DNA of 64,000 nucleotides from an uncultured Clostridia bacterium. Lineage in GTDB: Bacteria; Bacillota; Clostridia; TANB77; CAG-508. Below are positions 50,910 to 59,899 of the stretch, piece after piece (the stretch's first letter is position 1; each line of letters begins with the position of its first letter). The position numbers were made by a program, and so were the translations under genes. The stretch spans positions 1,803 through 65,802 of the forward strand of contig CALXFD010000005.1 of assembly GCA_944387495.1 (NCBI GenBank), read 5' to 3'. The notes under the pieces are model-generated. The model saw only the letters and a program-made list of their open reading frames with translations. It ran no database searches and was not told the origin of the DNA.

Positions 50910-52239
50910 TATATGGATGGCGTTGAGTACGCCAAATGAATTAATTATGAATGTTATTATAATATTAACTGGTTTTATAGAAGCATTTTTTGCATTTAAA
51001 ATTTTCACTTTAATATTGAATGTAAAATATTCTAATAAACAATTCTTAGCCTATGTCATTTTATGTGGCCTATCTGGTATATTTACTACATTTATTATAC
51101 CTAATCCTCTTAATACTATTATTAATTTTATTTGTATGTTTATATTTAACTTTATAATTTTTAGACTTTCTATTATAAAAACTATTTTTGCCGTTCTTCT
51201 ACCTACACTTATAGTTGCATTAATTACAACTTTAATTATTAATCCATATATAACCATTTTTAACATTTCTTCATCAGATTTATCTAATATACCTATATAT
51301 AAAATTGGTTATTTAGCAATATTATATTTAATAATTTATATAGTTACACTTATATTAAAAAATAAAAATTATGTATTAACAATTCTAGATGATATGGATA
51401 AAAAAAATAAAAGAGTAATTGTAATTAACTTAGTTTTAGGAATATTGGCATTATTAGTACAAGCATTTATAACTTTTTATTATATTGATAAATTACCTGT
51501 TTATATAACATTTTTTAGCTTTATTTCTTTACTTGCATATTTTAGTATTAGTATTTTTAGTATGACCAGAATTATAAAGTTAACACAAACTACTAGGAAG
51601 TTAGAAAGTGCAGAAGAATATAATAAAACTTTACGTATTTTGCACGATAATGTTAGAGGATTTAAACATGATTTTGATAATATTGTAACTACAATTGGTG
51701 GTTATGTAAAAACAAATGATTTAGAAGGCTTAAAAAAATATTATAAACAATTAGAAGATGATTGCCAAAAAGTTAATAATTTATATTTATTAAATCCAGA
51801 AATTATAAATAATCCTGGTGTATATAGTTTACTTACAAATAAATATAATGATGCAATTTCAAAAGATATTAAAGTAAATATTAGTTTTCTTTTAGATTTG
51901 AATACTTTAAAAATGAAAATATATGAATTTGCTAGAATATTAGGTATATTATTAGATAATGCAATTGAAGCTAGTAATGAATGTGATGAAAAAATTATTA
52001 ATATAATTTTTAGAGATGATGAAAAAAATCATAGACAATTAGTTATTATAGAAAATACATATAAAGACAAAAATGTTGATACAGAAAAAATATTTGCAAA
52101 AGGTGTTTCTGGAAAAGAAAACCATACTGGATTAGGATTATGGGAAGTTAATAATATATTAAAGAAAAATAATAATCTTTCTTTATTTACAACTAAAAAT
52201 GACAAATATTTTTCTCAACAATTAGAAATTTATTATTAA
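50893..52239 (+). CDS. agrC: AgrC-like (HPK10) membrane sensor histidine kinase
   Basis: About 6-7 N-terminal TM helices, H-box RGFKHDFDN, and a GHKL ATPase C-terminus (LLDNAIEA, GLGL). Confidence 0.8.
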   Translation: MELLNNIWMALSTPNELIMNVIIILTGFIEAFFAFKIFTLILNVKYSNKQFLAYVILCGLSGIFTTFIIPNPLNTIINFICMFIFNFIIFRLSIIKTIFAVLLPTLIVALITTLIINPYITIFNISSSDLSNIPIYKIGYLAILYLIIYIVTLILKNKNYVLTILDDMDKKNKRVIVINLVLGILALLVQAFITFYYIDKLPVYITFFSFISLLAYFSISIFSMTRIIKLTQTTRKLESAEEYNKTLRILHDNVRGFKHDFDNIVTTIGGYVKTNDLEGLKKYYKQLEDDCQKVNNLYLLNPEIINNPGVYSLLTNKYNDAISKDIKVNISFLLDLNTLKMKIYEFARILGILLDNAIEASNECDEKIINIIFRDDEKNHRQLVIIENTYKDKNVDTEKIFAKGVSGKENHTGLGLWEVNNILKKNNNLSLFTTKNDKYFSQQLEIYY

Positions 52240-52270
52240 ATTAATCTTATTACTAAATTAAAATTTTTAA

Positions 52271-52321
52271 AAAAGCTTAACAAAACTTTTGTATTTTATT
52301 ACTGTTTTGATTAAGCTTTTT
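52271..52321 (+). terminator. Terminator hairpin after the kinase gene
   Basis: AAAAGCTTAACAAAAC / GTTTTGATTAAGCTTTT stem with a one-base bulge, followed by T-rich sequence. Confidence 0.55.
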
Positions 52322-52396
52322 ATTTTATATCTATAAGTTTTATATATTTATTTTTTTAATAATTTTTGTTTAATATTATAATTGTTTATTTTAACT

Positions 52397-52444
52397 AAAT
52401 AGAATTTGAAATATCATTTTATTTAGATATTTCAAATTCTATTT
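52397..52444. terminator. Perfect 19-bp AT-rich hairpin between the convergent agr operons
   Basis: AAATAGAATTTGAAATATC (52397-52415) pairs with GATATTTCAAATTCTATTT (52426-52444); 10-nt loop. Confidence 0.45.
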
Positions 52445-52562
52445 ATTAGTCATAAAAAAATACCTAGAACAACCTAGGCATTTTGTCTTTTGACTTGGAA
52501 TTGTATCAAACTTTTTAGGTTTGTTGGTAAAAATAATTTTTCGTCCTATTTTTACCAATGAA

Positions 52563-52682
52563 TTAATCTTTTTTAATCATGCTTGCTGGCATTTTTGGTT
52601 GATGAAATACCCATAATAATGTGCAAGCTGTATTTGTTGCTTTTGCATATTTTTCTGCTAGTTTTGCTAAGAATTTAAACAT
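52563..52682 (-). CDS. agrD: AgrD-like autoinducing peptide precursor (39 aa), below the ORF-track cutoff
   Basis: Hand-read: MFKFLAKLAEKYAKATNTACTLLWVFHQPKMPASMIKKD. SD AAAGGGGGA lies 8 nt upstream of the ATG at 52682. It sits about 70 nt downstream of agrB. It has an amphipathic N-terminus, a single Cys, and an HQPxxP tail like clostridial AgrD. Confidence 0.65.
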   Translation of the reverse strand: MFKFLAKLAEKYAKATNTACTLLWVFHQPKMPASMIKKD

Positions 52683-52753
52683 TGTAAATTCCCCCTTTGA
52701 ATATTTTTTCTATATTAAAAACATTACCGGTACATGTTTTAATATTGCATATT

Positions 52754-53371
52754 TTATGCAGAAACCTCATTATATACTTCATAACCATATTTATTATTTG
52801 TTAATTTATATGCTATTCTCGTTATGGTTAGAGTTTGGAATAGGTTTCCAAAAATTAATATATTAGAAATTAAACTATTGTTTATTATTAATGCTGCTAG
52901 CATCCCTATTGTAAAAGTTGCAAATGCTATTATTTGTTTTTTTCTTCTGTCTTTTTTAGATAAGATAGGTATGTTTTCTGTATCTGCTGGTGCATACATT
53001 TTTATCATTGTCATTCCAAAAATCCAGATTATAGCGATTAATATACATTTAGTTATAAATCCTAATACAATAATTTTACTAAGAATTACTGTTCCGCAAT
53101 AAAATATTGCAGTTCCTAAAATGCATCCTAGATGAGTTTTTAAATGAAATCCTCCTGATGAACTTCTATATGGAATTAATACTATAAATAAGAATAATAC
53201 TTCTTTTAACATTCCTAAGAAAAATGCAATTATGAATAGTAAAAATGTTTTTGGTATTTCTCCTATTATATTTTGTAATCCAAAGTTTATTACTTCTGCT
53301 CTTTCTTCATCTATTTCTGGCATTTCTTTTTGGATTTTCTTGGTTAAAAATGTACAGATTTTATCTATCAT
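52754..53371 (-). CDS. agrB: Accessory gene regulator B (AgrD-processing membrane peptidase)
   Basis: 205 aa, polytopic; the conserved YRSSSGGFHLKTHLGC region. Confidence 0.9.
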   Translation of the reverse strand: MIDKICTFLTKKIQKEMPEIDEERAEVINFGLQNIIGEIPKTFLLFIIAFFLGMLKEVLFLFIVLIPYRSSSGGFHLKTHLGCILGTAIFYCGTVILSKIIVLGFITKCILIAIIWIFGMTMIKMYAPADTENIPILSKKDRRKKQIIAFATFTIGMLAALIINNSLISNILIFGNLFQTLTITRIAYKLTNNKYGYEVYNEVSA

Positions 53372-53658
53372 TTTCTCACCTCAATTCTTAACTGAGGTAA
53401 TTTTATCATTTTGTTTTTTAGTTATTAATTTTCTTTTATGAAAATAGGATTTTTGTTCATAAAATATTAATTTTTTTATTTTTGTAAAAAAATTATTTTA
53501 TAAAAATGTTTTTCCCTTTATAAATAATGCTTAATATATGTAGTCTAACTTCATATTTTTATTTTATAAAAGTCTTTATGAAAAAATTTTTTAATTTAAA
53601 ATATTTATGAAAAATAAACTATTTTTATAATAAAAAACTCCTCTAAGGTAATAAAACC

Positions 53659-53693
53659 AAAAAAATCCAGTTCGCTCAGAATTGGATTTTTTG
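53659..53693 (-). terminator. Terminator hairpin downstream of the pseudouridine synthase gene
   Basis: AAAAATCCA / TGGATTTTT stem with flanking T-runs on both strands. Confidence 0.5.
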
Positions 53694-53726
53694 TTTATTA
53701 ATTTTTTATTTTATTTCTTTAAATTT

Positions 53727-54401
53727 TTATTTAAGTATACACCATGTTCCATTTGGCTCTGGATAGTCTACAAATTCCATTTTTTCTTTTGTTATAGGGT
53801 GTTCTATTGTAAGTTTATATGCCCATAATGCTATTTGTTTTCCTTTTCCCCTTTTCCCATATTTTTGGTCTCCATATATACTATGTCCAAAATTTGAAAG
53901 TTGTACTCTTATTTGATGATGCCTTCCTGTGTGTAAATTTATTTTTAATAAACTTAGATTTTTCATTTCATTATATTTTACTAATTCATAATCTAATTTA
54001 GCTAATTTTGCATTTTTCTTTTCTTTTTTTACAACTTTACTTATATTATTTCTTTCATCTTTATATAAATAATCTTCTAATGTTCCTGATTTTGGCTCTG
54101 GTTTTCCATCTACAACTGCTAAATATTCTTTTTTAAAAATCTTTTCTCGTACTTGATTACTTAGTCTTGATGCTGATTTTGAAGTTCTTGCAAAAATCAT
54201 TATGCCTCCAACTGGTCTATCTAGCCTATGTACTAAACCTAAATATACATTTCCTAGTTTATTATATTTTTCTTTTATATATTCTTTCACAATTGTTAGC
54301 ATATCTATATCTCCTGTTTTGTCTGACTGTGAAGGAATATTTGGTTTCTTTTCTACTACTATTATTTGATTATCTTCATATATTACTTTTAGATTTTGCA
54401 T
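53727..54401 (-). CDS. RluA-family pseudouridine synthase (short form)
   Basis: HRLDRPVGGIMIFART catalytic-Asp motif; GRHHQIR. Confidence 0.85.
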   Translation of the reverse strand: MQNLKVIYEDNQIIVVEKKPNIPSQSDKTGDIDMLTIVKEYIKEKYNKLGNVYLGLVHRLDRPVGGIMIFARTSKSASRLSNQVREKIFKKEYLAVVDGKPEPKSGTLEDYLYKDERNNISKVVKKEKKNAKLAKLDYELVKYNEMKNLSLLKINLHTGRHHQIRVQLSNFGHSIYGDQKYGKRGKGKQIALWAYKLTIEHPITKEKMEFVDYPEPNGTWCILK

Positions 54402-54407
54402 ATCTTT

Positions 54408-55280
54408 TTATTTCTCCCATCTGCCATATATTCCACATGGTAACACTAATTTTGAGTTTTCCATAGGTAATCCTATTTCTCCTGCTTCAAAATGTCCATT
54501 ATATTTTTTAGGAATTGTTAAATTTAAAATATTTTCTAATACTTTGCTTGATATTCCTGTTGTATATGAATTTATTAGAAAAAATATTGGATTATCTGAT
54601 AATACTTTTGTACATAGTTCAACTAAGTCATATATATTATTTTCAAATTGCCATACTTCCCCTTTTGCACCTCTACCATATGATGGTGGATCCATTATTA
54701 TAGCATCATATTTGTTATTTCTCCTTATTTCTCTATTTACAAATTTAACAACATCATCTACTATAAATCTTACTGGCTTATCTTTTAGTCCAGATGACAC
54801 AACATTTTCTTTTGCCCATGTTGTCATTCCTTTTGAGCTATCTACATGACATACAGATGCTCCTGCTGATAAGCATGCAACTGTTGCTCCACCTGTGTAA
54901 GCAAATAAATTTAATACTTTAATTTCTTTTCTATTCTTTTTTTCTTGTTTTATTTTGTTAATCATCCAATCCCAATTAACAGCTTGCTCTGGAAATAGTC
55001 CTGTATGTTTAAATCCCATTGGTTTTATATTAAATGTTAAATTTTTGTATTTTACTTGCCATTGGTTTGGCATTTTTTTCTTATAATTCCATGCACCTCC
55101 ACCTGTTTTGCTTCTGTGGTATTCTGCATTTATTTCATTCCATTTTTTTGGGTAGCTTTTGTTTTTCCATATAATTTGTGGGTCTGGTCTTGAAAGTATT
55201 ACATCTCCCCATTTTTCTAATTTTTGGCCATCTGCCATATCTAATATTTTATAATCTTTCCATTCATTTGCTAATTTCAT
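54408..55280 (-). CDS. Class I SAM-dependent (rRNA-type) methyltransferase
   Basis: VLNLFAYTGGATVA SAM motif, IIMDPPSYG, and N-terminal MADGQKLEKWGDVILSRPDPQIIW. Confidence 0.8.
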   Translation of the reverse strand: MKLANEWKDYKILDMADGQKLEKWGDVILSRPDPQIIWKNKSYPKKWNEINAEYHRSKTGGGAWNYKKKMPNQWQVKYKNLTFNIKPMGFKHTGLFPEQAVNWDWMINKIKQEKKNRKEIKVLNLFAYTGGATVACLSAGASVCHVDSSKGMTTWAKENVVSSGLKDKPVRFIVDDVVKFVNREIRRNNKYDAIIMDPPSYGRGAKGEVWQFENNIYDLVELCTKVLSDNPIFFLINSYTTGISSKVLENILNLTIPKKYNGHFEAGEIGLPMENSKLVLPCGIYGRWEK

Positions 55281-55468
55281 ATTATTTGGATATTTTTATC
55301 CGTTCCTCCTTGACTTTTTATAATATTATTATTTTACCATAATTTGTTGAAATTTCCAAGGGTTATTTAAGTTTAAGTTTTGTTTTTTGAAGAAATTATA
55401 TCTTTTTCCTTAGCTATTGCTCTCTGTAAAAATGCTTTTTTTGTATATAATCTTTATATTTTAAGCAT

Positions 55469-55500
55469 AAAAAATGGTATACCAATCTAGTGGTATACCA
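55469..55500 (-). terminator. Rho-independent terminator built from two copies of the self-complementary decamer TGGTATACCA
   Basis: On the minus strand: UGGUAUACCA, loop CUAGAU, UGGUAUACCA, then U6 (plus-strand A-run 55469-55474). Confidence 0.7.
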
Positions 55501-55725
55501 CGCTAGTGACTTCAAAAAATTCTTCCAGGTTTACCAACCCGTAATAATTTTTTGAAATTATTATCTTGTTATACTATTATCATCTTTTTTGATTCTCTAC
55601 TTTTCATAATCTTCTACTCTTTCTGATTTTTGGAAAGATAATAATAGAGCTCTTATTTTAATTTGTACATTTTAAATGTTTTTATTTGCATAATCTGATT
55701 AACTACTTTTTCCCAGCGTTCAGTC

Positions 55726-57018
55726 CTACAAGTATAAAGCTGACCTAAAACCGACGTTAACGTCGCTGTAAGAAGGTGTATGGCGGCTACGATAAGAAGC
55801 TGGATAGTCCTCACCTGAAACGCCGTAACCGCCACCTCGAGTAACTCGATAAGTGCTATTGTAAGCTTCCATTGTCCATTCGTAAACATTCCCTGCTAGG
55901 TCATATATATTCTTTACTGCATAATTTGCATTTGAACCTGTCGTTGTTGGAGATAATTGATTATAATATCCTTTATCTGTTGAATTTGCTACAAATGAAC
56001 CTTTGTTATATAATGTTCCATCTTCATTTTTATATTCTGGGTCTATCCATGTCATTATTGCATCCCATTGTATTCCATATATTAATGTACTTGTTACTCC
56101 ATATTTTTCTTTGTCTGTATACATTTCTTTTACCTTTTCTACCGCTCCTCCTGCTGGGTCTGTCATTGAATTTCCCCATTTTATCCAATTATATACATTT
56201 TTTCCTTGTTTAAATACAGCTTCATCATCTATATTATTTTTATCTGTGCTAGTTCTTGCTCCATTTTCTGTTCCTGCCTCATATCTTGCTACATAAAATC
56301 CATCATGGTCTAGTACACTTTGTTTCATTGCATCATATTCTGCTTGCTCTGTTGCATATCCATTTGTAGCTGGTTCTTTACAATTTGATAACATCGTGTC
56401 TAACTTTTTATTATAATACCCTTCATAAGGTCTAAATGCACTATCATCTTCCACTGGCACCCATACAAATTGATTTCCTACTAGTGTTTTTGCTACTTCA
56501 TGGCTTGTTCCTTTTCCTTTATCTGCTGAATTATCTGATATTACTATTCCTTCTTCCTTTGTTCCTCCTACATAATAAAATCCTTTTGGTATTGTTACTC
56601 CTTCTACTTTTTCTCCTTCATCTGGTACTTCTCCTGTTTCTGGTCCTGTTATTGCTCCTGTTCCTTGGTCTATTGTATATTTATGCCCATTTTCAAATGT
56701 TACTGTCAATGTTCCACTTCCACTTGCTGTTCCTGTTGAATTTAGTTTGTCTAACTCTGCATTTAATTCATCTGCTGTTACATCTTCTGCTATTTTATCT
56801 ACTTTTCCTGTTTTTGCTGCTGCATATGCCATTTTTATTTCTTCTTTTTCTTGTCCTATTTCTGTTTGTTCTTTACTTTCTGTTGCTTTTGTTAGCACTC
56901 CATTTTCTCCTGTTAGCATTGCTATACTTACTCCTGCTAAAATTAGAAGCACTATGATAGTTATTACTAAGGCGATTAAAGTTATACCATTATTAGAATT
57001 TTTAAACTTTCTTTTCAT
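55726..57018 (-). CDS. Prepilin-like N-terminal domain fused to an FGE-sulfatase (SUMF1-type) domain
   Basis: N-terminus MKRKFKNSNNG-ITLIALVITIIVLLILAGVSI (type IV pilin-like leader and hydrophobic helix). C-terminus NVYEWTMEAY...RVTRGGGYG...NVGFRSAL is typical of FGE-sulfatase domains. ATG at 57018 after GGGAGAG. Confidence 0.75.
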   Translation of the reverse strand: MKRKFKNSNNGITLIALVITIIVLLILAGVSIAMLTGENGVLTKATESKEQTEIGQEKEEIKMAYAAAKTGKVDKIAEDVTADELNAELDKLNSTGTASGSGTLTVTFENGHKYTIDQGTGAITGPETGEVPDEGEKVEGVTIPKGFYYVGGTKEEGIVISDNSADKGKGTSHEVAKTLVGNQFVWVPVEDDSAFRPYEGYYNKKLDTMLSNCKEPATNGYATEQAEYDAMKQSVLDHDGFYVARYEAGTENGARTSTDKNNIDDEAVFKQGKNVYNWIKWGNSMTDPAGGAVEKVKEMYTDKEKYGVTSTLIYGIQWDAIMTWIDPEYKNEDGTLYNKGSFVANSTDKGYYNQLSPTTTGSNANYAVKNIYDLAGNVYEWTMEAYNSTYRVTRGGGYGVSGEDYPASYRSRHTPSYSDVNVGFRSALYL

Positions 57019-57300
57019 ATATTTTTCTCTCCCTTCTTCTGTCTTTTTCATTTTTCTTTCTTCACTTTTGTTAATTTTCTTTTCCTTTTTTTATCAAATC
57101 TATTTTATAAATAGTTTTCCCTTTATTATTTTTTTCTAACAATGATATTTATTTTTCAAGGTTCTTTTTCTATTTTATAAAATAGATTTAACTGTTTATT
57201 ATTTTATACTTATTCTTTTATTTAGTCAATAATAATTCTATTTAAGTTTTCAATATTTTAATAAAAGTTACTTAAAATAGCTATCGATATATTATCTTTA

Positions 57301-57507
57301 TTAAATTGTTTGTAGTATTTTCATGAAATTATATACCATAATTAAATTAAGTGTAGAAAAAATTATTAATGCTATTACTGTTGTTGAAATTATTTTATGA
57401 TTTCTCATTTTATACCCCAACTTGCTTGTCCAGTTTTTTCTAGTTTTTTTATGGTTTATTTTTGTGTTATAATCTACTTTCAAAATGTTTTCATTTGTAT
57501 TTTGCAT
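57301..57507 (-). CDS. Hypothetical tail-anchored small membrane protein (68 aa)
   Basis: ATG at 57507 (MQNTNE) after GGGAGGGA; C-terminal TM helix. Confidence 0.45.
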   Translation of the reverse strand: MQNTNENILKVDYNTKINHKKTRKNWTSKLGYKMRNHKIISTTVIALIIFSTLNLIMVYNFMKILQTI

Positions 57508-57603
57508 ATACATCCCTCCCAATATATGTATATGCAATATTTTTTTGATTATGACAAATATAACATGAAAAACGGTATAGTTTGGAACTATACCGAAAAA
57601 AGA

Positions 57604-57885
57604 TTAATCTTTTTTATTTTTTTTGTATAATGTATTTGCAACTAATACTGCAAATATAGTTGCAAATATGGTCCAACAGAATGTCTCTTTGGACCAACCA
57701 TTGAAGTAAAAATCTTTGTAGAGTTGAACAATTTGTTTTAAAATCTGAATTATTTTGTCACTCATACAAAAAAAACCTCCAATGAATAGTATTAGGGTAA
57801 AGGCTATTACTGCCTCCATTCCTGTAATAATTATTGCCTTAATGTTCCGTCCTGTTTTTGCTAATTTCTTTGCCATATCCTTCAT
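57604..57885 (-). CDS. Hypothetical membrane protein (93 aa, 2 TM helices)
   Basis: ORF with SD-like AGGAGGGGTAA upstream; two hydrophobic helices. Confidence 0.5.
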   Translation of the reverse strand: MKDMAKKLAKTGRNIKAIIITGMEAVIAFTLILFIGGFFCMSDKIIQILKQIVQLYKDFYFNGWSKETFCWTIFATIFAVLVANTLYKKNKKD

Positions 57886-57989
57886 ATTACCCCTCCTGAA
57901 AAATTTTTTCGTGCTATTTAGCCGTTACTACCTTCATTATACCACAAATTTCTTAATTGGGCAAATTTATGTCAATTTCTGCTAATAAA

Positions 57990-59771
57990 TCAATTACCTT
58001 TTAATCTTTCTGCTAATTCTTTTGTTATTCCTTTTACTTTCATTAATTCTTCTATACTTGCTTGTTTTATTTTTTCAACACTTCCAAATTGTTTTAGTAA
58101 TGCTTGTTTTTTTACTTTTCCTATTCCTTGTATATCATCTAATGCAGATTTTGTTACTTCTTTATCTCTTAATTTTCTATGATATGTTATTGCAGTATCA
58201 TGTACTGTGTCTTGAAATCTTGTTATTAAGTTCATTAGAGCTTCTGAAATTTTTAATTCATTTCTATTTTCGTCCATTAATGCTCTTGTTTGGTGTTTAT
58301 CATTTTTTACCATTCCATATACTGGTATATCTAAATTATATTTTTTTATTGCATTTTTGGTTGCTCTTATTTGTGTAATTCCTCCATCTGCAAATATTGC
58401 GTCTGGCAATGTTCCAAACCCTCCATTTGGATTTTCTATTGAGTGTTTTAATCTTCTTGTTATAACTTCTTCCATACATTTTGGGTCATCTTGTCCATAT
58501 ACAGTTTTTATTTTAAATCTTCTAGATAAATTTTTCTTTATTACTCCATCTTGCATTACACACATTGCTGCTACCATATATTCTCCTGATATATTTGATA
58601 TATCATATGTTTCTATTTTTCTTGGTAGTTGAGCCAATTTTAATACTTCTTTTAATTCCATCAGTATTTCACTTTTATCTTTTTCTTTATTATCTAATGT
58701 GACTTTTGCATTTTTTTCTGCCATTTCTACAAATCTTAATTTTTCGCCTTTTTTTGGTGTTTTTATTTCCACTTTTCTTCCCATTTCTGTGGATAACCAT
58801 TGTTCTATTGCTTCTTTATCTTCTATTTCTTCTCTGAACATTATTTTGCTTGGTACATTTGGGTTATCAAAATAATATTGTTTTATAAATCCTGATAATA
58901 TTTCTTTATCTTCCATATCTTTTAGTTCTGTATAAAAATAATGCTCTCTTCCTATCATTTTACTTCCACGGACAAAAAATATTTCTATACATATTTCTAA
59001 TTCAGATTTTGCTATTCCTATTACATCTATATTATTTTCTGATATATTTGATACTTTTTGCTTTTCTGATACTCTTTCAATTGCCTGTATTTTATCTCTT
59101 ATATATGCTGCTTTTTCATAATCCATTTTTTGTGATGCTTGTTTCATTTGTTCTTCTAATTCTTTTACTATTTTACTTGTTTTTCCTTCTAGTAAATCTA
59201 TTATTTCGTCTATTTGCTTTTTATATTCTTCTTTATCTACATTTCCCATACATGGTGCTAAACATCTATTTATATGATAATTTAAACATGGTCTTGTTCT
59301 TGGTTTTAATGTCCTACATTGATGGATTTTATACCTTTCTTTAATAAAATCTAGCATTTCTTTTGCTGCTCCTGGGTTTGCATATGGTCCAAAATATTTT
59401 GAGCCATCATTTACTATTCTTCTTGTATAATATACTCCCGGATAATCTGATTTTATATCTATTTTTATATATGGATATGTTTTATCATCTTTTAATAATA
59501 CATTAAATTTAGGTCTATTTTTCTTTATTAAATTACATTCTAAAATTAGAGCTTCTGCTTCACTGTCAACAACTATGTATTCAAAACGAGATATTAGACT
59601 TACCATTTTTTGTATTCTTGCTGTTTTATTTGTTTTTCTAAAATATTGCCTAACTCTATTTTTTAGTGAAACTGCTTTTCCTACATATATTATATTGTCA
59701 TCTTTGTCTCTCATTACATATACACCAGGTTTTCCTGGTAATTTCTTTAATTCCTCTTCTATATTAAACAT
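57990..59771 (-). CDS. uvrC: Excinuclease ABC subunit C
   Basis: GIY-YIG N-terminus (PGVYVMRDKDDNIIYVGKA), UvrBC-interaction region, and C-terminal HhH (IQGIGKVKKQALL). Confidence 0.95.
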   Translation of the reverse strand: MFNIEEELKKLPGKPGVYVMRDKDDNIIYVGKAVSLKNRVRQYFRKTNKTARIQKMVSLISRFEYIVVDSEAEALILECNLIKKNRPKFNVLLKDDKTYPYIKIDIKSDYPGVYYTRRIVNDGSKYFGPYANPGAAKEMLDFIKERYKIHQCRTLKPRTRPCLNYHINRCLAPCMGNVDKEEYKKQIDEIIDLLEGKTSKIVKELEEQMKQASQKMDYEKAAYIRDKIQAIERVSEKQKVSNISENNIDVIGIAKSELEICIEIFFVRGSKMIGREHYFYTELKDMEDKEILSGFIKQYYFDNPNVPSKIMFREEIEDKEAIEQWLSTEMGRKVEIKTPKKGEKLRFVEMAEKNAKVTLDNKEKDKSEILMELKEVLKLAQLPRKIETYDISNISGEYMVAAMCVMQDGVIKKNLSRRFKIKTVYGQDDPKCMEEVITRRLKHSIENPNGGFGTLPDAIFADGGITQIRATKNAIKKYNLDIPVYGMVKNDKHQTRALMDENRNELKISEALMNLITRFQDTVHDTAITYHRKLRDKEVTKSALDDIQGIGKVKKQALLKQFGSVEKIKQASIEELMKVKGITKELAERLKGN

Positions 59772-59899
59772 TTTCTTTTATAGATTTTAAATCTATATTC
59801 TCCTTGAATATATTTGAGTTTTTAAAAGGTTACTCATAAACCTTATTTATCCTTTTTTAAAAAAGAAAATTATTTTATAAATAATTTTCTCTTTTATTT

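Noticed and set aside
53445-53615. Repeated TTTATGAAAA(A/T) motifs upstream of agrB as LytTR binding sites.
   Set aside because: They do not resemble the known LytTR half-site consensus, their spacing (about 30 and 130 bp) is not the usual 12-13 bp gap, and such A/T strings are common here.
55475-55500. The direct repeat TGGTATACCA-N6-TGGTATACCA as a regulator operator.
   Set aside because: The decamer is self-complementary, so the two copies form a 10-bp hairpin followed by U6 on the minus strand. A terminator for the pilin-FGE transcript is the simpler explanation.
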